NCBI GenBank assembly: GCA_903813345.2
Contig: CAIIXF020000001.1
Span: 46,996,001-47,060,000 of the forward strand
Reading direction: 5' to 3'
Length of the DNA stretch: 64,000 nt
From: Owenia fusiformis
Taxonomy: Eukaryota
Below the pieces are notes generated by a model. It worked only from the letters and a program-made list of their open reading frames with translations, was not told where the DNA came from and did no database searches. This document shows, piece by piece, positions 54,356 to 64,000 of this stretch. Every line of letters begins with the position of its first letter. Position 1 is the stretch's first letter. Made by a program: the position numbers and the translations under genes.

Positions 54356-54660
54356 CACTATGGAGGAACGTGGTGCAAAAACACTGTTTTGGCATCAAGA
54401 TGGCCAAGCTTCCGGTGATGGATTTTGAAAGATATTTTGTTTTCCGCATTTAAACCAATTTCTCGGACGAGTTTCTCAATAATCGTATACGTGCAATTAA
54501 GAAACGATCTATAATTTTATAAAATGTTCTTAGTATTGATCTAGCATCATTGAGAAGCGAGAAATTCACGGTTTTAGTTCCTCGCTTTTGATCCAAAGAC
54601 ACCACTCTGTTTATTATCAATGATAAAAAACATCAATGAGCTGATCCAAAAACGCCAATA
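54356..54660 (+). mobile_element. Solo terminal fragment of a Transib-like family related to 24551-26576
   Basis: Starts CACTATG and aligns by eye with the TIR at 24551 (CATCAAGATGGCCA..CTTCCGGTGAT...). Confidence 0.7.
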
Positions 54661-54916
54661 TAATTACATTAGAAACATATATTAATGTTTACATGTGTTG
54701 GTGGTGCATGAATGAAACGCACGATTCAGTGGTCCATGAATGAAATGCATCTTGTCCGGTTTTAAATGTATTTGTATCAAAATGGCACGGAGATTAACCA
54801 ATTATCAAAATGGTCCAGTAGTAGAGATGCCCTGTTGTGAAATTGAAAATCCATCACGCAAGAAAATATTCGAAATACAAATCATAGCCAGCGAATGAAT
54901 TACATTGAGGGCCTAA

Positions 54917-55167
54917 CACCCCAGTCGCATTTCCCACGGCCGCCGTGCGGTCTATCATTTCTGCGGCCAGTAGCTTTTCTACGCTGAACAAATATTATAA
55001 CTCCGAGTTATAATTTCTACGGCGACCCTGCGGCCTGTAAAAAACTGGATACGCCGTACGAAGGCCGCAAGGCGAGCGTAGTTTTCCTACGCTCGGCGCA
55101 GAAATACACTGATTTAATTGATCTGCGTTCGACGTACGGCCGCCGTACGACAAATGTGACTGGGGTG
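54917..55167. mobile_element. Harbinger-like MITE, with related repeats continuing to ~55620
   Basis: TIR CACCCCAGTCRCATTT; repeated CCGTACG/CTACGG motifs. Confidence 0.55.
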
Positions 55168-56342
55168 TTAGTAAATTATTGTGGCACGTCTGACTAAATT
55201 ACGGTGGAGTTGCGTCTGCCGATTGGTTTTGATTGGTAATGTACTCGGGCTTAAGTCAGATTTGCTACGGCAACCATACGGTCTATCATTTCTGCGACCA
55301 GTAAAATTCCTACGGTCTCATTTCTGTGGTCATAAACTTGAGCAGTCACATTTGCTACGGCAGCCATGCGGCGTTTTTTGGTCATGAGGAGAAATGAAAA
55401 CTACGATGATGATGATGCACGATCATTTAGGGCGCCCTACGGCGGGTAAAAACCTTGATAAAAACAAGGGTAAAAGCAAGCCTGCCACAGGGGCCCTATT
55501 ATTATTTGTAGGCCCAGAAGCAAATCTACGGCTGCCGTGGAAATTCTTCGGCAGTCACATTTGTTACGGTAGCTGATTGTCCTACGATCCTACGATCGCC
55601 GTACGGGCGCCGTACGTTAACAATTGTAATTGCGATTTACAAAGGTCAACTAAAACCCAAAATACAGAAGGATAGCTGCAAGTTGATCATATGCTCGACG
55701 GACGGTCAATATGGAACTTTTTTGACTTTCTATTTGGCTGCGGCTTGTTAACTTCTACAGTGGCCGTAGAAATTAAAACACACCCCGGTCCATGTTTGCG
55801 AAAAAATAGCTCAGATGTGAACATAATCGTCGATTTAGTGTTGTCGTCTGAACTATTTGTTCGCAAATATGTACATTTTCTTAAACATATGATACTGATA
55901 CACGTTTGTGATAAAAAAATGTCGTGGGAATTCTGCCTACAACGTGTGAAATAAGGAAAAAAGAAAAATCGTACCTTCGATGTCCCGACATTTTGTTACC
56001 GAAACGAACCGTTTCGGTAACGAACCGTTTCGGTAACCAGCGTAATCGAGTGGATCACCAGTGACCATTTGACGTCAAGATAAATAAAGATGCAAGAAGT
56101 ATGTTTACATCGATAAAAGTACCTCAGAAACTAGATGGTTGATTTTGGCGGTAGATGGCGGTAAGCAAGAGAGGTGATTCTGAGGTCATCTCTGAGCTTT
56201 GGAGGTTCCCTCCTCTGTCTTGTGTCTTCAACCTTGAGACCTTAAAGCATTGGCCACATTTTCTGAAAAATTCTAAATATAACTTTTATATATTTTTCAG
56301 TCACATTTTCAGAGGGCTATATGTGACAATGCCCATTGTGAT

Positions 56343-56929
56343 TAGGGCCGTGCCATTCGACCGGAATCGGTCCGAACCGCGGACTTTTGTTAAAATACCG
56401 GAATTCGGAATTTTAATATCATGTTCCGAAGGGTTTCGGAACAATATCGGACCCTTACCTTAGTACTTGCTTTGAATCGTTAATATCCGTGACCATTGTT
56501 CCTCCAGTGATGTTTTCCTTCAAACTACATCCAATTTGCATGTGTATTACTCGCATAAACAAAATAAATAGCGGAGAAATCAACAGAAATCAAGTTTTGT
56601 TTTACGAACTTTGACCTTCGGATTTCATTGGAAGTAGGAATCGACGGGGCGAAAATACTCATAGATAAATGAATAAATTTACTTTTCCATGACGTCTTAC
56701 AATCTAACAGCGTTAATTAATTACATTTTAACTCTTACAATATCAGATTAATTGATTTAGAAGAAATTATCTTCCCCATGACAGATTTTCCTCGAGTAGT
56801 TTCGTATTCGTTTATATTTTTGTAATATTTTCATTTGTGAACCAAAAGGGGTTCCGAAAGTTCCGATTCCGTGAGACCAAGTTCCGGTTCCGATTCCGAA
56901 CCGTCCGAACCGGTTCCGGCACAGCCCTA
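56343..56929. mobile_element. hAT-type MITE
   Basis: TAGGGC...GCCCTA termini; exact 8-bp TSD ATTGTGAT; TTCCG subterminal repeats. Confidence 0.88.
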
Positions 56930-57283
56930 ATTGTGATCCTGGTTGTGTAAATTATATATGGAACAAGTAAAACTGATCAAACAGAACTTAGTTATCTTAG
57001 TTCAAAAAATCCAGCATATTTCAGTTTTGTCACTTTCTGTTAACTATCATTGGACCTTAACGAAATGTTTTTTTATAGGATAGGCATTTCTATATACTGT
57101 GCATAGGTTAACAAACCCCAATGGACGGATCAATAACAAGTATATAGCGAACACAAGCTTGTACCCTAAAATAACTGGTGTGTTCAATAGTAATACAACG
57201 CTATAAGCTACATGTACTCAGTGCTTATAGTAAAATACTTGAAATACACTAAGCCTATACGCATACAATCATACATCACAAAA

Positions 57284-60200
57284 ATGCCATCGACTAAGAG
57301 TGCAGAGGAAAAAGATGGAGATTTTGCAGGTTTCTTTTCGACAGTCGACGAGCATACGACATCTATTGTCGCAGCGGTGACAGGTACGGTGTTTTGTAAT
57401 TACAAAGTTGAATCAATGCATGTCATTTTTAGACAATTCCAATTTTGCTTCTTTAAATATCTGGCTGATTTTATTTATTTCACACATACATGTCAGATTT
57501 AATTCACTTTTACCTGTATCTTATATTTTAAGTCTTAAGTCAAAAGTATTGACTTAAACACTTCAAACCGAAATATATGCTGAACGTTTCTAGTTAAGTG
57601 GTAAGAGTGCTCGATAAAAAAACAAGCCTCACAAACGACTACTTGCAAACATACAAAATAAGACTGCATAAATATCACTATTGATTTTGGATAGATGGTA
57701 GCATGGAAAGATATGACCTCGAGTCACGTTTTAGTTTTAGTTTAAGGAATTTCGCGTTCAATGGTAAAAAATATCCAATCCATTTACAAACTGTTGGTCA
57801 GAAGTCAAGGTATCTTGATAGTTTTTTAAACATTGCCAAAGCAGAAAAATGGACATGTATGATTACTAATAATCATTGATTAGTACCAAAATGAACCAAA
57901 ACCAATATATATTAAGCTCCCGGGACTAGTCTAGAACTTTACATTAATTTAGTATGTACAGTTATATATACATAGAATCAAAGCTGGCACTTGAATGAAA
58001 CGTTTGTGGTAGTAATAAGGTTTTGATTGGTTTATTGACTTTATACACACGGGCAATGGGGGGGATCAGAATACTCGATATGTATCAGTGTGTGATATAT
58101 GATTTACATGTACGAGGATATAGAGGCGCTAACTCATTTGATGAAATATGATTTCCAGGTACAATTCCCAGTTGGATTAAAGGTGGATTCCTTCGAAATG
58201 GACCTGGAAAATTTGAAGCTGGTAAGGACAAATACAACCATTGGTTTGATGGACTTGCTCTGTTGCATCGGTTTGACTTTGACAACGGTGTTGTAAAATA
58301 TCATAGCAAGTTTCTGAGAAGTGATTCGTACGTACAGGCTTTAGAGCAAAACAGGATCGTTATTTCAGAGTTTGGTACAGCAGCAACACCAGATCCTTGT
58401 AAAACCGTATTTCAAAGGTTTGTATATTAAGGTAGTTCTGCACAAATACTCACACATTTATTGTGAAATCATTGAATTCTCATCATGTGAGTCTAATTTA
58501 ATTAATTTCGTTTTTGTGCTCCATTATCCTCGCAACCGTGAACAAGTGAACAGTTACGTTTCATTTTGGCATATTGGTGTTTATCGTTTCTCAGCTTTAC
58601 TCCCCGGCTCTTATTTTACAAACAGTTAATGAAAACACAGAATGAAATCCTGTGCTAAGGGCTGATGTGAAAAAGTCAGTCCACCCCAGTGGGGATCGAA
58701 CCCATGTCCCCTCGCTTTCCGGAAACCGTCACCAAATTATTTAAACGTTTTCTCTGATTGGATTATTTTTACATAATTTTCTCAAGATATAAATAACCCT
58801 ATGCATTAAAAACTGTTATGATAGATTGTATCAAAATATGTGTAAATTCAGAAACGCAATATTTTCACTAAGGCCAACTTAGGATGTCCTTATAAATTCT
58901 GATAAAGTGTTTTCACCCTTCAACGCAGGTGTCCAGATTCCAGAATCCGTATGAGTTTGCGTTTGATTTCACGATTTGGATTTAGCTAGGACGTAAATAG
59001 AGCTTGTCCAGTATAGGGTTCAGGATATTGAGCTTACCCCTTGGCCAATATAATATATCTGCCCCCGGGACGTCCTTAGCCGATAATTTGATTTGTTTAT
59101 CCCATCATGCCATTCTTGTTCATGTCGTGGTTCACATGACATTGTTCAATTGGCTCAATTCAAACAAGGTCTTACAAACCTACTGTATAAACCTGAAATA
59201 CGTCCAAGTATGGGAAAAAACGAAGTATACTTATTTACTTTCTATTATCTTGTTCACAATGAAAATGTCAATGCAAGTGCTAAACTAGAATCTGATGCAT
59301 TTTCTTTCAGATTTGTGTCTCATTTCAAACCTTCACCCGAGGAAATAGCGTCAGATAACAATATCGTTTCTATAACCCGAATAGGAGATGGTGTGTATGC
59401 TGCAAATGACACTGTGATTTTAAGAAGGATAGATCACAACAGTTTGGATACCATTGAGAGGGTAATGGCTTAATACAAAAACTTCAAAAAATATTTATTA
59501 ATATGTCCTTTTTATTTATTCTACAAAGTAGATCGGTTAAAGTTGCCCTAGTCCTATTGTAACAGCATGATATTATATCAAGTAGAAATACAATAGAAAG
59601 AACAATATTTGGAAATTGTTTATCGAAATATGTTTATGTCACCACCAAAAAGTGGTGACATATAGTGGTGGTCTCTGTTTTTTGACGGCGGTTGGTGGTT
59701 GGCGGTTGGTGGTCGGCGGTTGGCGGTTGGTGGTCGGCGGTTGGCGGTTGGTGGTTGGCGTCTGTAACAAATTATTACAACTTCCAATAACTTAACAAAT
59801 ACTGTTTAGACTGACTCAATTTTTTTTCAAAATCATCTACATGTTTTCAGAAGTTCAAATCTGACTTTATATTTAAGATTTGACCTTCAATGACCTTTCA
59901 AGGTCAAAAAAGGTCAAAAAGGTTTTATTCAAAATCATCTACAAGTTCTCAACAGTTCAAATCTGACTATAGATTTGACCTTCAATGAATTCGCAAGGTC
60001 AAAAAAGAGTTGACCTTCAATGACATTCTCAAGGTCAAAAAAGGAATTTTTCATCTTGCTTCATATTTCCAATAAATAATCATCTACATGTTTTTAGAAG
60101 TTCGAATTTGAATTTATATTTGACCTTCAATGACCTTTTCAAGGTCAAAAAAGGTCAAAAACGTCTTTTTTCAACTTGCTTCAAATTGACCAATTTTTTT

Positions 60201-63200
60201 CAAAATCATCTACAAGTTATCAAAAGTTCAAATCTGACTTTAGATTTGAGATTTGACCTTCATTCCAAAAAGGAATTTTTCATCTTGCTTCATATTTCCA
60301 ATAAATAATCATCTACATGTTTTTAGAAGTTCGAATTTGGCTTTATATTTGACCTTCAATGACCTTTTCAAGGTCAAAAAAGGTCAAAAGTGTATTTTTT
60401 CAACTTACTTCAAATTGACCAATTTTTTTCAAAATCATCTAAAAGTACTCAATAGTTCAAATCTGACTATAGATTTGACCTTCAATGAATTCTCAAGGTC
60501 AAAAAAGATTTGACCTTCTATGACATTCTCAAGGTCAAAAAGGTCTTTTTCTTCTTGCTTCAAATTGACCAATTTGTTTTCAAAATCATCTTCATGTTCT
60601 CAGAAGTTCAAATCTGACTTAAGATTGAACTCATAATATTGTGAGCAACTAGGTGGTGACATTTTGTCATGTTAATGCCTTGTTTCTATTTTCATTGCTA
60701 AAGCAACCCATAGTTTCATTTATTTCCACTTAACTCATATGTTTGGTTTTATAATAATTTCAAAAATGATAAAAAGGATCCACCTTATCTGCCATTTTAA
60801 TTAAGATTTCAAAACTGTCGTCACATCAACTTCATTCAACTGTTCAACATTGTTAGTATAGGGAGGCCTTGGAGAGACATAAACCGAGCATGATTTTTAT
60901 ACAATTGATTATATTTTTGTAATATGTTGAATAACCACTGCGCATCTATTTCCTTATAAGAAATCTCTAAATCTTCTTCTTAGTATATTATCTGACATTT
61001 TCTATACTACAAGTATACCCGTAATGCTAAGGCAGGCTATTGAGCAGCCATTTTTGGGAAAAGTAGGTCAATATGGCAGTTAATTAAATAACTTTACCTA
61101 TCAACGACCTCAATTTTGACCAACTATTTTTGGAATAGGTTTCCTAAATATTATGGATAACACAATCTATGACTAAAGCATGATCAGCCTCTTAAACTGT
61201 CACATTGCACAGACCAACTTAAAATAAAGGTGATCAACGTAGAAATTACATAGTAATAATATTTTCTAATCGATAGGTGGATATGAGCAAACTGATCACT
61301 ATCCATACATCTACTGCGCATCCGCACACCATGCCAGATGGAACTTATTACAACATTGGAATCAACTTCAAGGCAGGCTGCTATCACGTCATTGAGATAG
61401 CTCCGGATTCAAAGAAGGATGACCCAGTTGAAGGTGCAAAAATTCTTCATACTATACCAATGGAAAGTCGCATGCACCCTGCATATTTTCACAGGTTTGT
61501 TGAGCAAAACTTTGTTATACATTGTATGCGTAATTTGGCATGGGTGTAACCAGACACATATAAAACATGTCTCTGATGTAACTAACTATATAATGAGGCA
61601 AACTCTTTTTCGAATAAAATTGAAAAAGTTATGTCCAATAAAAGTATAACCCCCTTTTTAATAAGGTTTTGCAACGCCTATTTTTGTTTCCTAATTAGCC
61701 ATTCAAGTGTAGTTCAACTGGTCAAACTTCTCGATTTCTCACAGTTACCTTTTGGCGATTTAGGAATTGTAAATTGTATATCTGAATACTGATTATGAAG
61801 TTTAAACTAATATGTATGATCGATAAAATACTTCTCAAGATCCAGATCAAATATCCTACAATACAAGTGCACTAAAGTCATCGTATAGGGTATGAGCGAC
61901 CAGATCAAAAGTGTATTCTCCATTTTTTCAGTTTCAACATGTCTGCCAACTATATTATATTCCACGAGCAGCCATTGAGGTTTAGTATGTTTAAAGTAAT
62001 GACCTGGAAACTCTTCAAGTCGGGGGTGGATGCCTTGATGTCGTTTCACAAGAACCTCAAATCAAATTTCCACGTCTGTGACAAGAGAACGGGTAAGGTG
62101 TGATTAAACTGTTTGAAAAACGATGTGTCCTAAGTATAGCAGAGCGCCAACCCTCATATAGTAAAAAGCGGGATGTAGTGTTTTGGGTCTGATATTCTAA
62201 ATATGTCATTATCAGATCATGCATGTTGTCTGTAAGATTATGCACAACCTCATTATAAATTCGGTAAAAACTTTGGGCTAAGTAATTTTCAAGATCAAAT
62301 CGTATACGTGCATATCCAAACGCTAGACCCATCTTAAAAACGAGTTTTTCTTTTAAAGGTGAAGTCTTGCCATTGAAATTCGTATCCGAACCATTTGTCC
62401 ACTTTCACGTTATCAACTCATACGAAGAAAGTGGACATTTAATCATTGACTTGTGTGGGGCTGGTGATTCATCAGGATTCGACACTCTGTATCTGGCCTA
62501 TCTTAAAGGAATTGTAAGTAAACGTAACTTTTCAACTTTACGATTATATCTTCTACCTATATGTAGATATGGGTAACACATTATAGCAATAGTCTGTTCA
62601 GCTGATATATTGAGATTTGTAAAAGAATCCAGAACGCAATTATGTAATGCCCGTGCATCTAAACCTTACAATAAGGTTTACATCGGGTGTCCCCAAAATT
62701 GAATCGCTTTTTGACAAGTGTTTTCTCAGCAATTGATTACTCAAATTCATTGAAAATTTCTATAGGCCTTATTGTATCATTAATAAGTCGAAACAATATG
62801 AAAGAGATCAGTTACATATTATGTGAGAATTGACAAATTCAAAATTGCATGTCAAAAAATCCAATATCAATAGAAAAGCCACTTATTTCTGAAAGAAGCT
62901 GTTTTTGGGTTGTGTGACATGCATTTTTGAATTTTCTCTTTCATATTCGTAAAACTTGCTAATGATACCATAGGGCTACTTCATAGAAATTTTCAATTTT
63001 GAATGATCAATTGCTGAGAAAACACCTGTCAAAAAAGCGATTCATTATTTTGGGACACCCGATATAGACAAGTCAATGGGCACCCACAAGCCCCCATAGT
63101 CCAAAGCTTATATTTTCAGGCTTCCAATTGGTTTATGCATGGGCTTAAAGTTATCGCATACATCTGAGATTTTCAAAGACGTCTTTCACTGCGGCATTAA

Positions 63201-63801
63201 CCGCGTTTGTTAGACTTTTGGTATAATATGATGTCAATTCATGTAAACGTTCATTCAATGTATTTGTAAAGTTTTTTGATCATGATGTATTGCAGAAAGT
63301 GGACGATGAAGAAAGCTACAAAAACAGTAAGCTGTCCAAAGCCCAACGATCTTGGCCCATACGATTCGTCATACCTCTTGATGTAACGAAGGAAAGTCCA
63401 AAGAATACGAACTTGATCACTTTGGCAGGAACAACAGGTAACCGGTGATATTATGTCGAAATTAGGAAAACAAATATATATTTCCAAGAACGAAATCTAC
63501 TGCACTCTTTAAAATAATGACGACCTCTTGATATTCGAAAAATATTTTATTCCGTTTAATGGAATTTGTATGATTTCCAGCCACTGCAATGTTAAAGAAA
63601 GACGGAAGTGTGTACCTTACCTGTGAATCCCTTATTCCCGAGGACCTCCGAAGCAAGACATGCGGAATGGACTTTCCACAAATAAACTATAACTTTTACA
63701 ATGGAAAACCGTACCGTTATTGCTACTTCACTGGGTTTCCAGAATTTGTTATCCCGCCTGATAAATTGATCAAGCTCGATGTTAAAACAAAAACTACACA
63801 G
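57284..63801 (+). CDS. Carotenoid oxygenase (BCO/RPE65 family), 3' end beyond the window
   Basis: Exons 57284-57383, 58159-58417, 59311-59461, 61277-61494, 61932-62092, 62359-62513, 63296-63437, 63581-63801; [37 protein letters not shown] and FPQINY motifs. Confidence 0.93.
58600..58722 (-). mobile_element. tRNA-derived SINE fragment
   Basis: Pol III B-box GGTTCGATCC on the minus strand, with a truncated tRNA-like head followed by a non-tRNA body. Confidence 0.55.
59633..60684. mobile_element. Helentron-associated (HINE-like) element with an internal satellite array
   Basis: TGTCACCAC..GTGGTGACA 5' hairpin; GGCGGTT microsatellite; tandem TTTGACCTTCAATGA..AAGGTCAAA units; 3' GGTGGTGACA plus hairpin. 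Confidence 0.65.
62681..63064. mobile_element. Tc1/mariner-type MITE
   Basis: TIR ATCGGGTGTCCC.AAAAT.GAATCGCTTTTTGACA; TA flanks. Confidence 0.75.
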
Positions 63802-64000
63802 GTAAATGTAAAATGTCCTGACTGTTGTTGTCTTATGATAGAACATCATGTTTGCTTCCATTTCAAATCAGAAGACATTTTGTATAATACACGTCGCACG
63901 AAACTGGGGACAATTAGCGTAACATTATGGCGTCAAAAAACCAAGACAAAACAATTAGCAGCATAGGGCGCAAACAGCCTTACAACGTCAAAAACGACAA

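Noticed and set aside
58680..58722. tRNA gene
   Set aside because: Only the 3' half with a B-box is present and no full cloverleaf forms; better explained as a SINE head

Overview
AT-rich, intron-rich animal genomic DNA, most likely from a lophotrochozoan; the BRICHOS-peptide gene suggests an annelid (inference). (1) 1-5791 is the right arm of a Polinton/Maverick (adintovirus-like) endogenous virus. It carries an A32/FtsK packaging ATPase, two small ORFs, a spliced double-PC4 gene and a spliced small membrane glycoprotein, and ends at an ACTACT terminus that abuts a host serine-protease exon. (2) Host genes reconstructed by hand from GT-AG exons: a chymotrypsin-like protease; a divergent Shaw/Kv3-type K+ channel with a huge Tyr/Asp-rich S1-S2 loop; a six-EGF single-pass receptor; a TRADD-N-like domain protein; a BRICHOS precursor releasing an apparently new 29-aa, 6-Cys amidated peptide; and a carotenoid oxygenase that runs off the window. 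(3) Many transposons: a Harbinger element with nested Academ and Tc1 inserts, Transib-like elements with RSS-like ends, hAT/P/Tc1/CACTA-like MITEs, Helentron-like repeats, two large LINE copies and satellites. Family assignments come from motif recognition only; no searches were run.
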